A stretch of 64,000 nt of DNA. Source: Heterodontus francisci. Taxonomy: Eukaryota. Of the stretch, positions 50,508-63,205 are shown piece by piece (positions within the stretch are counted from its first letter, which is position 1; each line of letters opens with the position of its first letter). The DNA lies in the NCBI RefSeq assembly GCF_036365525.1, contig NW_027140825.1:1178001-1242000 (forward strand), read 5' to 3'. The position numbers were made by a program, and so were the translations under genes. Under the pieces are notes generated by a model, which was not told where the DNA came from, searched no databases, and saw only the letters and a program-made list of their open reading frames with translations.

Positions 50508-51342
50508 ATGTTGCATGAAGTTCTCTGTCTAATCTTGATGGCTGCATTCTTCCCACGTAAGTCAAAGTCAGAAACTGTGTCGAATAATGTATTGTAATGT
50601 CAGCGGTGATTCTGTTCCATAACACTGCTGTGTCAGAGTCTCACTCCAGAACACTTGAGCTCAAAGTCAAAACTAACACCCCAGGTGTCAGGGCTGAGGG
50701 AGTGCTGGACTGTTGCAGAGGCAGTACTGAGTGTGTGCTGCACTGTCGCAGAGGCAGTACTGAGGGAGTGCTGCACTGTCGCAGAGGCAGTACTGAGGGA
50801 GTGCAGCACTGTCACAGAGGCAGTACTGAGGGAGTGCTGCACTGTTGCAGAGGCAGTACTGAGGGAGTGCCGCACTTTCGCAGAGGCAGTAATGAGGGAG
50901 TAACTACATTGGTTGCAAAGCCGTTTCTGATGCCCTGAGGTCCTGAACGGCGATATATTAATGTCAGCCCTCTCTTTCTTGTAATGCAGACCCTGCTCCA
51001 ATCCATTATTGACTGAAATAATAATCTAATCGATGTTCCATTCCACAGGAATACTCGCCTCCTATGTGGAACAGTCGCCCTCTATCCTATCGATTTCCGC
51101 AGGAGAGTCGACAACACTCAGATGCACGCTGAAGAATACTGGCTATCCTGCAATGTACTGGTACAGACAACAACCAGACAGGGCACTGGAAGCTCTGTTC
51201 TATTCTGCTGGAACAGGGTCTGTCACCAATTACACATCCGAGTCATTTAAGGCAGACAGAGCCAGCAATACTCTGTTTACTTTGGCACTGAGAGACGCCG
51301 CTCCATCTCACACCGCTGTCTATTTCTGCGCTTGTAGTATCG
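50508..51342 (+). CDS. TRBV: TRBV segment, family B (CACS), apparently functional (leader 50508-50556, V exon 51049-51342)
   Basis: MLHEVLCLILMAAFFP|RILASYVEQSP..LRCTLKNTGYPAMYWYRQQPDRALEALFYS..TAVYFCACSI. Confidence 0.92.
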
Positions 51343-51381
51343 CACAGTGTTTGAGAAAGCGGATCAGCAGCTGCAAAAACC
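51343..51381 (+). other. 23-RSS
   Basis: CACAGTG-23-GCAAAAACC. Confidence 0.95.
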
Positions 51382-51400
51382 TGCAGCGGATGAACGGGAG

Positions 51401-51435
51401 TTCAGTGCTCAACTTCAACTGGCAGGGGGCAGCAG
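51401..51435 (+). promoter_or_regulatory. Putative RSS-proximal CTCF-binding element
   Basis: ttcagtgc..CTGGCAGGGGGCAGCA; core starts at 51419, 38 bp after the nonamer. Confidence 0.5.
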
Positions 51436-51479
51436 TAGATTGAAGCTTTCTGTTCATATCTATCTGTCCACCTGATTGT

Positions 51480-51730
51480 TTATCTCTCTGTCTCTCTATC
51501 TATCTATCTCTCTACCTGGTCATCTATCTCTCTGTCTCTCTATCTATCTATCTCTTTACCTGGTTATCTATCTCTCTGTCTCTCTATCTATCTATCTCTC
51601 TACCTGGTTATCTATCTCTCTGTCTCTCTATCTATCTATCTCTTTACCTGGTTATCTATCTCTCTGTCTCTCTATCTATCTATCTCTCTACCTGGTTATC
51701 TATCTCTCTGTCTCTCTATCTATCTAAATC
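51480..51730. repeat. TCTA-rich ~44-bp tandem repeat
   Basis: tatctctctgtctctctatctatctatctctctacctggttatc units. Confidence 0.85.
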
Positions 51731-52284
51731 TATATTTAGGTAATTACAGTTTGTATGAACTAATTAAACAGACTGTAGTAATGTAATGAATGACTATCTT
51801 TTCATCGATTTTCTATATATTGACCAGTAGATGATGTGGTTTATCATCAATTATCTATCAAAATCCTCTATGATCTTCAATATCTGTATCACATCTAATT
51901 AACCTTCTCTGCTCTAAGGGCAGAAACCCCCAGCTTCTCCAGTCTCTCCACAGTAACTGAAGTCCCTCATCCCTGATACCAGTCTGGTTAATCTCCCTCT
52001 AACCTTCACAAAACAGAGGCGAACAACCCCCCAATGCACAGGAACTAACTCAGCTCAGAACCATTAACCATCTGAACGCTGTTTCACACAGTTCAAAGTG
52101 AGACCCCTCTCCAGATACCTTCATCTCTGGGACACCTGCCTCCTGACAGCGAGTTGAGAAGCTGCTGAAAACTCTTTACCCACTTTCATCTTATACTCGA
52201 GTCACATTTAATGTGTTCTTCAAAGAAACTAGCAGTTCAGACCAGTGAACAATTTAACCCTTTAACTCTCATTCACCACGGAGG

Positions 52285-52640
52285 TTCGGCAGCAGAGCAG
52301 TTATGTTACTGGGCTAGTAATCCAGAGGCCTGGACTAATGATCCCCAGACTTGAGTTCAATTCCCACCGGGGCAGAAATGCAATTTAAATTCAATTAATT
52401 AAATAAATAAAAATCTAGAATGGAAAGTATGAGTAATCCTGAACATGGAGTGTCGTAAAAACCCAACGTCTTCATTGATTACCTTCAGGGAAGGAAATCT
52501 GCCATTCTTACCCGGTCTGGCCTATATGTGACTGCAGACCCACAGCAATGTGGTTGACTGTTAACTGCCCTCTGATATGGCCCAGCAGGTATTCCCGAAG
52601 ATGGTTCACCATCACCTTCTCAGGGGCAATAAGGGATGGG
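52285..52640 (+). mobile_element. tRNA-derived SINE with L2/CR1-group LINE tail (copy at ~54500-54855; heads at ~12885 and ~18510)
   Basis: A/B-box-like head (gagttcaa[a/t]tcccacc) and a tail shared with the LINE at 8400-8450. Confidence 0.65.
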
Positions 52641-52929
52641 CACACTCTCTGGGTACAGAGGGTAGTTTCCCTGAATTCTACTCTATCAAATCCCTTTCTG
52701 AAATGTGAACACCTCTATTCAATCTCCCCCTATCCTCCTGTGTTGTATCATTCAACAACATTGTTATCCAATGTAATGGGGTGGAGCAGAGTGTGCAGTA
52801 AGTGACAGCCAATCACAATGACAACCGGATGCTGGGTATTTAATTGAACACAGTATAGAAACAACCTGCAAGTGTGTTGTTGAAAACGCCACACGTTCAC
52901 ACATCGAGTTAGTATCGAATGAAGAAATC

Positions 52930-53731
52930 ATGTTGCATGAAGTTCTCTGTCTAATCTTGATGGCTGCATTCTTCCCACGTAAGTCAAAGTCAGAAACTGT
53001 GTCGAATAATGTATTGTAATGTCAGCGGTGATTCTGTTCCGTAACACTGCTGTGTCAGAGTCTCACTCCAGAACACTTGAGCTCAAAGTCAAAATTAACA
53101 CCCCAGGTGTCAGGGCTGTGGGAGTGCTGGACTGTCGCAGAGGCAGTACTGAGGGTGTGCTGCACTGTCGCAGAGGCAGTACTGAGGGAGTGCTGCACTG
53201 TCGCAGAGGCAGTACTGAGGGAGTGCTGCACTGTTGCAGAGGCAGTACTGAGGGAGTGCCGCACTTTCGCAGAGGCAGTAATGAGGGAGTAACTACATTG
53301 GTTGCAAAGCCGTTTCTGATGCCCTGAGGTCCTGAACGGCGATATATTAATGTAAGCCCTCTCTTTCTTGTAATGCAGCCCCTGCTCCAATCCATTATTG
53401 ACTGAAATAATAATCTAATCGATGTTCCGTCCCACAGGAATACTCTCCTCCTATGTGGAACAGTCGCCCTCTATCCTATCGATTTCCGCAGGAGAGTCGA
53501 CAACACTCAGATGCACGCTGAAGAATACTGGCTATCCTGCAATGTACTGGTACAGACAACAACCAGACAGGGCACTGGAAGCTCTGTTCTATTCTGTTGG
53601 AACAGGGTCTGTCACCAATTACACGTCCGAGTCATTTAAGGCAGACAGAGCCAGCAATACACTGTTTACTTTGGCACTGAAAGACGCCGCTCCATCTCAC
53701 ACCGCTGTCTATTTCTGCGCTTGTAGTATCG
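52930..53731 (+). CDS. TRBV: TRBV segment, family B, apparently functional (leader 52930-52978, V exon 53438-53731)
   Basis: Near-identical to 50508-51342; open frame, GT-AG intron. Confidence 0.92.
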
Positions 53732-53770
53732 CACAGTGTTTGAGAAAGCGGATCAGCAGCTGCAAAAACC
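53732..53770 (+). other. 23-RSS
   Basis: CACAGTG-23-GCAAAAACC. Confidence 0.95.
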
Positions 53771-53789
53771 TGCAGCGGATGAACGGGAG

Positions 53790-53824
53790 TTCAGTGCTCA
53801 TCTTCAACTGGCAGGGGGCAGCAG
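53790..53824 (+). promoter_or_regulatory. Putative RSS-proximal CTCF-binding element
   Basis: CTGGCAGGGGGCAGCA core at 53808. Confidence 0.5.
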
Positions 53825-55142
53825 TAGATTGAAGCTTTCTGTTCATATCTATCTGTCCACCTGATTGTTTATCTCTCTGTCTCTCTATCTATCTATCTCT
53901 CTACCTGGTTATCTATCTCTCTGTCTCTCTATCTATCTAACTCTATCTTTATGTAATTACACTTTGTATGAACTAATTAAACATACTGCAGTAATGTAAT
54001 GAATGACCATCTTTTCATAGATTTTCTATATATTGACCAGTAGAAGATGTGATTTATCATCAATTATCTATCAAAATCCTCTATGATCTTCAATATCTGT
54101 ATCACATCTAATTAACCTTCTCTGCTCTAAGGGCAGAAACCCCCAGCTTCTCCAGTCTCTCCACAGTAACTGAAGTCCCTCATCCCTGATACCAGTCTGG
54201 TTAATCTCCCTCTAACCTTCACTACACAGAGGCGAACAACCCCCTAATGCACAGGAACTAACTCAGCGCAGAACCATTAACCATCTGAGCGCTGTTTCAC
54301 ACTGTTCAAAGTGAGACCCCTCTCCAGATACCTTCATCTCTGGGACACCTGCCTCCTGACAGCAAGTTCAGAAGCTGCTGAAAACTCTTTACCCACTTTC
54401 ATCTTAGACTCGAGTCACATTTGATGTGTTCTTCAAAGAAACACGCAGTTCAGACCAGTGAACAATTTAACCCTTTAACCTCCATTCAGCAAGGAGGTAC
54501 GGTAGCAGAGCAGTTATGTTACTGGACTAGTAATCCAGAGGCCTGAACTAATGATCCCCAGACATGAGTTCAATTCTCACCAGGGCAGAAATTGAATTTA
54601 AATTTAATTAAGTAAATAAATAAAATCTGTAATGGAAAGTAAGAGCAATTCTGAACATGGAGTGTCGTAAAAACCTAACGTATTCATTGATGACCTTCAG
54701 GGAAGGAAATCTGCCATTCTTACCCGGTCTGGCCTATATGTGACTGCAGACCCACTGCAATGTGGTTGACTATTAACTGCCATCTGATATGGCCCAGCAG
54801 GTAATTCCGAAGATGGTTCACCACCACCTTCTCAGAGGCAATAAAGGATGGGCACACTCTCTGGGTATAGAGGGTTGCTTCCCTGAATTCTACTCTATCA
54901 AATCCCTTTCTGAAATGTGAACACCTCTATTCAATCTCCCCCTATCCCCTTGTGTTGTATCATTCAACAACATTGCTATACAATGTAATGGGGTGGAGCA
55001 GAGTGTCGCAGTAAGTGACTGCCAATAACAATGACAACCGGATGCTGGGTATTTAATTGAACACAATATAGAAACCGCCTGCAAGTGTGCTGTTGAAAAC
55101 TCCACACGTTCACACATCGAGTTAGTATCGAATGAAGAAATC

Positions 55143-55977
55143 ATGTTGCATGAAGTTCTCTGTCTAACAATGATGCCTGCCCTGTTCCCACGTAAGTCAA
55201 AGTCAGAAACTGTGTCGAATAATGTACTGTAATGTTAGCGGTGATTCTGTCTGGAACACGCCTGTGTTAGAGTCTCACTCCAGAACACTTCAGCTCAAAA
55301 TCAAGGCTGAACACCCCGGGTGTCATGACTGAGGGAGTGCTGCACTGTCGCAGAGGCAGTACTGGAGAAGTGCTGCACTGTCACAGAGGCAGTACTGAGG
55401 TAGTGCTGCACTGTCGCAGAGGCAGTACTGAGGTAGTGCTGCACTGTCGCACAGTCAGTACTGAGGTAGTGCTGCACTGTCGCAGAGGCAGTACTGAGGG
55501 ACTGCTGCACTGTCGAATAGGCAGTACTGATGGAGTAACTGCATTTGTTGCAAAGCACTTTCTGATGTCCGGAGGTCCTGAACGGCGCTATATTAATGTA
55601 AGCCGTTTCTTTCTTGCAATGCAGCCCCTGCTCCAATCCATTATTGACTGAAATAATAATCTAATCGATGTTCCATTCCACAGGAATACTCGCCTCCTAT
55701 GTGGAACAGTCACCCTCGATCCTATCGATTGCAGCAGGAGAGTCGACAACACTCAGATGCACGCTGACCAATACTGCCAATTCCTGTATGTACTGGTACA
55801 GACAACAACCAGACAGGGCACTGGAAGCTCTGTTCTATTCTGCTACAGAAGGGTCTGTTACCAATTACACGTCCGAGTCATTTAAGGCAGTCAGAGCCAG
55901 CGATACGCTGTTTACTTTGGCACTGAGAGACGCCGCTCCATCTCACACCGCTGTCTATTTCTGCGCTTGTAGTATTG
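55143..55977 (+). CDS. TRBV: TRBV segment, family B, apparently functional (leader 55143-55191, V exon 55684-55977)
   Basis: MLHEVLCLTMMPALFP|RILASYVEQSP..CTLTNTANSCMYWYRQ..YFCACSI. Confidence 0.9.
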
Positions 55978-56016
55978 CACAGTGTTTGAGAAAGCGGATA
56001 CTCAGCTGCAAAAACC
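55978..56016 (+). other. 23-RSS
   Basis: CACAGTG-23-GCAAAAACC. Confidence 0.95.
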
Positions 56017-56035
56017 TGCAGCGGATGAACAGGAG

Positions 56036-56395
56036 TTCAGTGCTCATCTTCCACCGGCATGGGGCAGCAGCAGATTGTATATCAATGCTCATTTTCCACC
56101 AGCAGGGGGCAGCAGTAGATTGAATCTCAGTGCTCATCCTCCACCGGCAGGAGGCAGCAGTAGATTGAATCTCAGTGCTCATCCTCCACTGGCAGGGAGC
56201 AGCAGTTGATTGAATCTCAGTGCTCATCTTCCACCGGCAGGGGGCAGCAGTAGATTGAATCTCAGTGCTCATCTTCCACCGGCAGGGGGCAGCAGTAGAT
56301 TGAATCTCAGTGCTCATCTTCCACCGGCAGGGGGCAGCAGTAGATTGAATCTCAGTGCTCATCTTCCACCGGCAGGGGGCAGCAGTAGACTGACT
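56036..56395 (+). repeat. 45-bp tandem repeat x8, each unit a CTCF-like motif
   Basis: ctcagtgctcatcttccaCCGGCAGGGGGCAGCAgtagattgaat. Confidence 0.92.
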
Positions 56396-56769
56396 GCTCA
56401 TTTTCTGCAACCAGTTCATGGAATCATCTTGGATAACAGAACAGAAGGAGACCATTCGGCCCATCTCCCCCGTACTGGCTTATTTGAAAGAACTGTCCAG
56501 TTTATGCTCTTCCCCCCTGCTACTTCCCCATAGCCATGCACATTGATTCCATTCACGTGTGCAATCCATTGCCTTTTGAATGTTCATGTTCAAGGTGCTT
56601 CCAACACCCTTTCAGACAGTGCTAGCCACATCATAACAACTCGCTGCTTAAACAAATCATCACATCTCCCCCCTCCCCCCACTTATTCATCTGCCAGTTA
56701 CATTTAATCAATGTCTCCTGGTTGCCTTCTGCCGAAAGAAGCAGCTTCTGTTCATTTATAGTTTTAAAA

Positions 56770-57330
56770 TAATTATTTATTGAGATGTGAGCATCGCTGA
56801 CCAGTCCAACATTTGCTATCCATCCCAAGTTGCCCTTGAGAAGGTGGTGGTGAGCTGCCTTCTTGAACCACTGCAGTCCATGTGGGGTAGGTCCACCCAC
56901 GGTCCTGTTAGGAATGGAGTTCCAGGATTTTGACCCAGCGACAGTGAAGGAACGGCGATATAGTTCCAAGTCAGGATGGCATGTGGCTTGAAGGAGAACC
57001 TGCAGTTGGTGATGTTCCCGTGCATCTGCTGTCCTTGTCCTTCTAGGTGTTGGAGGTCGTGGTTTTGGAAGGTGTTGTCGAAGGAGCCTTGGTGCATTGC
57101 TGCAGTGCATTTTCTATATAGTGCACACTGCTGCCACTGTGCGTCGGTGGTGGAGGGGTGAAAGTTTGTGAATGGGGTGCCAATCAAGCGGGCTGTTTTG
57201 TCCTGGATGGTATCGAGCTTCATCAGTGTTGTTGGAGCCACACTCTAGTGGAGAGTATTCCAACACACTCCTGACTTGTACCTTATAGATGGTGGACAGG
57301 CTTTGGGGAGTCAGGAGGTGAGGTACTCAA
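56770..57330 (-). mobile_element. L2/CR1-group LINE 3' fragment
   Basis: MHCSNAPRLLRQHLP..KKAAHHHLLKGN. Confidence 0.85.
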
Positions 57331-58559
57331 GACTCAACGTGCGCTGCCTGAGTGGGTAGAACTGTCCTCTCTGAGTTAGAAGGACCCACTGCACAGACTG
57401 GAGCCAAGAAAAAGGCTGACACTTTAGTGCCAAAAAACTGCAGGTAAGTCAAAACAAATCCACCGAGCAAAAATGTCGTACCGAAATGCATGTTTCATAC
57501 TATTTTCCCTGATTAAGCAGAATTAACGCACACAATTTTGAATGCAACACAAACGCAACAAATTGATGCTAAACCCTTTATAAAAAGCCTGTTTTGGCTT
57601 CAACCGGTGTGCTACGTCCACTTCTGTACATGACATTGTTGGGAGGATGCAGAGGGTGCAAAGGAGATTTACAAGGAGGTGACCGGGCGTGAGGGATTTC
57701 AGCTATGTGGAGGTGTGGGAGAAGCTGTTCATTGTAACACACAAGGTTCCAAAAAGCCCCAGAACCCTATCCAGAAGGTTAGGGGTGCGATGCTGGACCA
57801 CACCACTGCTCATTCAATCCACACACATTGGAATGTTTCCCATTCCATCCATGGTCTCCTCACTTCATGTCAAGTGCATCTATGGAATAGTTAACTTGTC
57901 ACCCCACTCCTGGTCTAACCTTTAACATTTCCTTTGTTACCGAGTCCTGATGGATATTTAAGAAAGAAAGTGAACATTTACTCTTGTAACATCTCAGCTT
58001 TTCTGAAATGACCCTCCCAGCAATGCACACATCCCATCACTGAATACATTCAGATACAATTGGAAGAGAACAAGCTTGATAATGATGGTGGAGTGATCAT
58101 CTTTTCATGGTTATGAGGCTGCTGAGGGTGAGGCTGACACAGATGCTGGCGGTCGGGAGGAGGGTGACAATGTGGCCTCAGATGGTAATGATGAGTGTGA
58201 GGATGGTGTCAGGATGAATGTGGTTATGATCAGGGGAGTATTGAAGGTATTGATGATCCCAACACACCCGCTCATTTAATCACCTCTCCACCACAGAAGA
58301 TAGTTTACATCACATTTACTCCCTTCCTTTCTGCAACTTTCAAAGACATGAAACAGAACTGCAGGCCCAGAAACCGATGAGCTGGGGCTCAAACATTGGT
58401 CCCTCCCCAGAAATGACGAGTCCTCGGTGAGCCCATGAGCAAAGATAGAAAGCTTGGCTCCGCCTAGGAAAATGTTGAAGATGATGGAGAGAGAAGCTGC
58501 AAATTCCAGTCAGTGCCCAGAACTTTGAGATACTCTACAATAAAAGTTCTCAGTCATTT

Positions 58560-58573
58560 CATATAAAACCACA
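58560..58573 (+). promoter_or_regulatory. TATA-like box overlapping a RUNX motif upstream of a family-C leader (also at 63171-63184)
   Basis: catataaaaccaca about 35 bp before the ATG in both paralogues. Confidence 0.4.
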
Positions 58574-58594
58574 CGGATCCTTCACCCTCCAGAG

Positions 58595-59213
58595 ATGGCT
58601 GTGTCTCAGCTCTGGGTTGTGTTGTTGGTGTTAACGGGTAAGGAGGTGCCTGAACTGTGAGGTTACAATGATGTACATGTGTCTCTGCTTCTCAGTCTCT
58701 GGCTGTCTTTGTCTCTCTCCTTCTCCCTCCATATTTCGTTCTCTGTCTCTCATCTCTCTCTCTCTGCCTCTCTGCCTCTAACTGGTCCCCACCGCTCTCT
58801 TTATCTCTGTCTGTCTGCCCACTTCTACCTCTTCTTGTTGGTAACGATTTGGACATTGTCCCTGGGTTTATCTCTCTATTTCTCTCTCTCTCTCTCTCCC
58901 TCTCTGTTTTACAGATGTGGGGGCTGTGTTGATCCAACAGACTCCCGCTTCCATATCCCATTCCCCAGGCTCTCCAGTCAGGATCCAATGTATTTACACA
59001 GAAGCAACAGCAGGCTCCTATTTCTACTGGTACCGATGGCATCTGGACCGTGAGCCTCAGGACCTTTTCTATTCCAGCTACGCCGGAACGGTCAACCCCT
59101 CAGGTGAGGTGGACGGTTTCACCGCCAGGAGACCCGAAAACACCCATTTTTACCTGGAGTCCTCCAGCCTGTGGGTGAATCAATCAGCCGTGTATTACTG
59201 TGCTTGGAGTCAG
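58595..59213 (+). CDS. TRBV: TRBV segment, family C, apparently functional (leader 58595-58637, V exon 58915-59213)
   Basis: MAVSQLWVVLLVLT|DVGAVLIQQTP..IQCIYTEATAGSYFYWYRWHLDREP..SAVYYCAWSQ. Confidence 0.92.
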
Positions 59214-59252
59214 CACAGTGATTCAGAAAGGCGCCGGAGTTCAGCAAAAACT
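59214..59252 (+). other. 23-RSS
   Basis: CACAGTG-23-GCAAAAACT. Confidence 0.92.
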
Positions 59253-61319
59253 CTAGACATTGTCAGAGCTCACTTGTGGGAGATAGACCTGTCTATCTGG
59301 GGTGTCATTCTAACACTCTGACGATCTGTCAGTTTCTAAGTCTACTGTCGAATGAACTGGCTCTTTGACAGAGTTGTCTGACCAGTTCCCATTCACTGAC
59401 CAGTTCTCCATTACATTAATAAATCTCCCCATCATCTGCTTCTCCAATTGACATCTGGAAGTTACTATTGGATCGTCTTCCACCGCCCTTTCAGTCAGTG
59501 TCCTCCACATGATAACAATTCACTGAGGAGAAAGATTCCACTCATCTCCCACTCTGGTTCCTTTCCCAATTACCTTCAATTCTTGGTTCCTGGTTTATCG
59601 ACCCTCCTGACAGTAGATGCAACCATCTGGATACAGTTTCTCTTTCAAGACACTTCTGACAACATCTTTCAAATCTCCCCTTACCCTCATTACTCTAATG
59701 GACACAAGTCCATACAAATAGGAAATGGTTGATCTTGGAACCTTTAATCATGTCTCTGATGATTCATACAGTGCAAAGGCGAGAAACCTCTCCAGATCCG
59801 TCTCTGACTGGAACACCTGCCTCCAGACGGCGGCTTCAGCATCTGTTCAAAACTGTTAACCCACTTGTCTCTCAGTCTCTCGGTGTCTTTTGAAGAATTT
59901 TCACAATGACTGGAGTTCAGTGCGGTGAAGAACTTAACCCTTTAGCTCCCGTTTAGTACAAGTGGGGGAAGGGGGTGGGGGAGGTGTGGGTGGGGAATGA
60001 AACTGTCTTGGCCCTGAAACAAGGCAGCAGGTTGACGGGTCTTATTGGATCATAGAATAATGCAGGACAAATCCAGGCCATTCAGCCCATCGATCCTGGC
60101 CTGCCTGTTCGAAAGAGCGACCTCCTCCCATCTCTCTTCATCCTACCCTATCAACAGATTCTCCTATTCCTTTCTCACTCATGTATTTATTGAGCTCCCC
60201 CCTTAACAGTATTGTCTCTATTCGACCTCAACCCATTCCAGTTGGTCGCGAATTCCACATTCTGACCGCTCCCTGGGTTAAAGAACCTCCTTCTGAATTC
60301 CCAATTGGATTTATTAAGGACAACCTTACATTTATGATCCCTCGTTTTCATCTTCCCTGTCCAATTACTCCCACTCCCTGTTCTTTCTGAATATCCCTGC
60401 ACTTGATCTTGCAGCTTGTCTGCCTCCTTCCCGACATTACAACAGTGACTGCACTTCAAAATGTATTTGACTGGTTGCGGCTTGAGTGAAGCAGAGAGCT
60501 GTCTGGCCGAATGGCGCGGAAGAGTGCATTAACTTCCATCTGGTTCTATGCCACAAGCGCAAACGGGAGTCGAGTAGGAGGATAAAGCCAATGACTGATA
60601 CAATTTTAGAGTCTGAGACTGAAACGCCTGCAGAATCGGTGCTTGCAGTTGCACGTGAAGCCACTAGGTGCCAGTGTTACTCTAGTGTCGCCGCTGCCCA
60701 GAACATGCTCAGACAGAGTGAGCTTTACCCACAGCAGCTCTGCAGGTCAACTTGGCTGCTTCTGAAATGTTTCACTTCTCAACTATTTCACACAAAATAT
60801 TCTGGCAATGTCAAACAAATCAATGATTTGATATCAGGTAGATGAGCTTTAAATCTGATCCTTTTGGGGGCATTAAGTGACATTAATATCAGTCCAACCT
60901 TGAAATAGTTGCACCCAGATGCCAGTTTGCAGATTTCCAGTTTCTATTTTACAATTACATAGTCCCAGGTGTTTGTAGGAAACTAGGAGAGAGCCTGAAT
61001 GTCCATCCTGACTTTAGCACAACTCCCACATGTATCGTGCCAAGTGTAAAGTAACATTTGCCCCCCATGTTCCCTGTTTCCTGGTGGAAAACGGGAGATC
61101 TGGTGCTCACTTCATGTGATCAAGTGAGGGACAGTTTTCAGAACAGAAGGCTTCACAATGACATGTTGTGATATCCTCACACCGCTGGTGGAGGTGCTGT
61201 ATTAATCAGGTCTGTTCTTTGAGGAGGTGAAACTCAGTATGTTGAGGTTTTAACAGCGGGTTTGCTTTTGCAGAATGGTGCAAAATAATAAATTAACCCG
61301 GAAGCTGGAGAGAGTTCAC

Positions 61320-61930
61320 CTTCTTAGGCAGTTCCCCCTGGATTGAGGATGACTTGCTTCCACTCCGGTTCAATGGGTTCTGAGATGGCTGATGAGTCCA
61401 GTGTATGATCTGCAGACTCTGTCACATGATGGGCAGGTGGTGCTTTGAGGATCAGGCAGGTGAGTAGTTTGCAGGTTTGTGTGCTCCCTCCGATGCCTCG
61501 GCCTGACCTCTGCATGTTCCTTAAGTTCCTCGAGGTGTCCAATGCCTTCCCGTATGTCCTTTCTCCATCTGGGATGGTCAGGAGCCATGTTCTCCCAGAA
61601 GTCAATGCGGATGTTTCATCTCTCCAGGGATGCTGTGAGGACATCTCTAAAACGTTTCCGCTGTCCTCCTGGGAGTCTCCTGACACGGCTAAGTTCTGAG
61701 TAGAACTGCTTCTTTGGGGAGTCTGGTGGCAGGAATGTGAATGACATGTCCCAGCCAGTGGAGCTGGTTTTGGGTGACTCGAACCCTGACACTAGACAGA
61801 TTGGTTTGGGAGAGGACGATGCTGTTGGACTACCTGTTTTGCCACTGGATTTGGAGGTTAATGCGGAGGCACCTCTGGTGTTACTTCTCTTGTGCTTTGA
61901 GGTGTCGACTGTAGGTTCTCCAAGGTAAGG
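61320..61930 (-). mobile_element. RTE-clade LINE 3' fragment
   Basis: C-terminal CPSCDRVCRSYTGLISHLRTH zinc-finger-like motif typical of RTE elements. Confidence 0.75.
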
Positions 61931-63205
61931 TAAATGTGGAGGTGCATTTATTTACAGTGACTGACAGGACAAAGCAGTTCAGAGTTATCCACTGTCTAGA
62001 CAAAGAACCACATACAGACTGACCTCAAACTCACGTAATTTTTCCACGAACTCAAAGAGCAGGGCCTGATCCACAGTTTTATCATCATGTACCTGGGTTC
62101 CAAAATTGGAATTTGCACATGTTTGGCCTCCAACCTCCTTGGGTAAAACACACTGGGTGCACTGTGAACATTTCAGGACTCCTCATTCCTTGGTTAGACT
62201 TCATTTGGAGAACTGTGCACTGTTCCATTCTCATTATACATTGGTTAGATCACAACTGGAGCACTGAGCACAGTTCTGGCGTCTATATACATTGGTTAGA
62301 CCACATTTAGATCACGGTATAATTATACATAACAGTAGAGATCGAACAGGCAGGGGTCCTTCTCTAGAAATGAGGGGTGCCCAGATAAGAAGTCTTTAAT
62401 ATTATTAATAGGTTTGATAGGATAGTCGTAGAGAAGATATTTTCACTTGAGGCCCAAGACCAGAACTATAAGGTATAAAATACTCAGTACAAATCCAGAC
62501 GTGAATTCAGGACAAACTTCATTACCCAGAGATTGGTGAGAATGGGGAACGAACCACCATAGGCAGTGGTGGAGGCAAATAGTATTCAGTGGGATACTAG
62601 TAGACATACGAGGCAGAAAGGATTGACAGGAGATGCTGAGAAGATGAGATAAAGAGGGATGAAAGGATGTATCTGTGGAACATCAACACCTGTATAGATC
62701 CGTTCACCTGATGCTGTGTTCTATATTGTCTGCAATTCTATATAGTCAACGTCAGTATCTGAAAGAGGGGAGAAAGTTGGAAAGCCGATCTGGAACTTCC
62801 CAAGGAGTTCTACAGCCAATGAAGTGCTTCTGTTGAATTTCAGGCATGTTGGTCTTTATTGCAAGGGGGATGGGAGTACAAGAATAAGGAAGTCGTATTA
62901 CATTTGTATTGGGTCTTGGTGAGAACACACCTGGAGTACTAGGTGCACATATTTGGAGAGAGCTCCGAATGATCGGGCTGCAGATGTCAATGACACAGAA
63001 CTGCAGTTCCAGAAAGCGATTACCAGGAGTCTAACATTGGTCCCTCCCCGGAAATGAAAGAAAACTGGGTCCCGCCTATCCGAATGATAAAGTGATGGAG
63101 AAGGAAGCTGTGAATTTCAGTCTGTGCCCAGAACTTTGAGATACTCGACAATAAAAGTGCTCAGTCATTTCATATAAAACCACACGGATCCTTCACCCTC
63201 CAGAG

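Noticed and set aside
15031-56395. Tandem arrays as CRISPR-like loci
   Set aside because: Units are head-to-tail with no unique spacers, the context is eukaryotic and there are no cas genes
60486-60845. 119-aa ORF in unique sequence
   Set aside because: No recognisable domain or convincing exon structure
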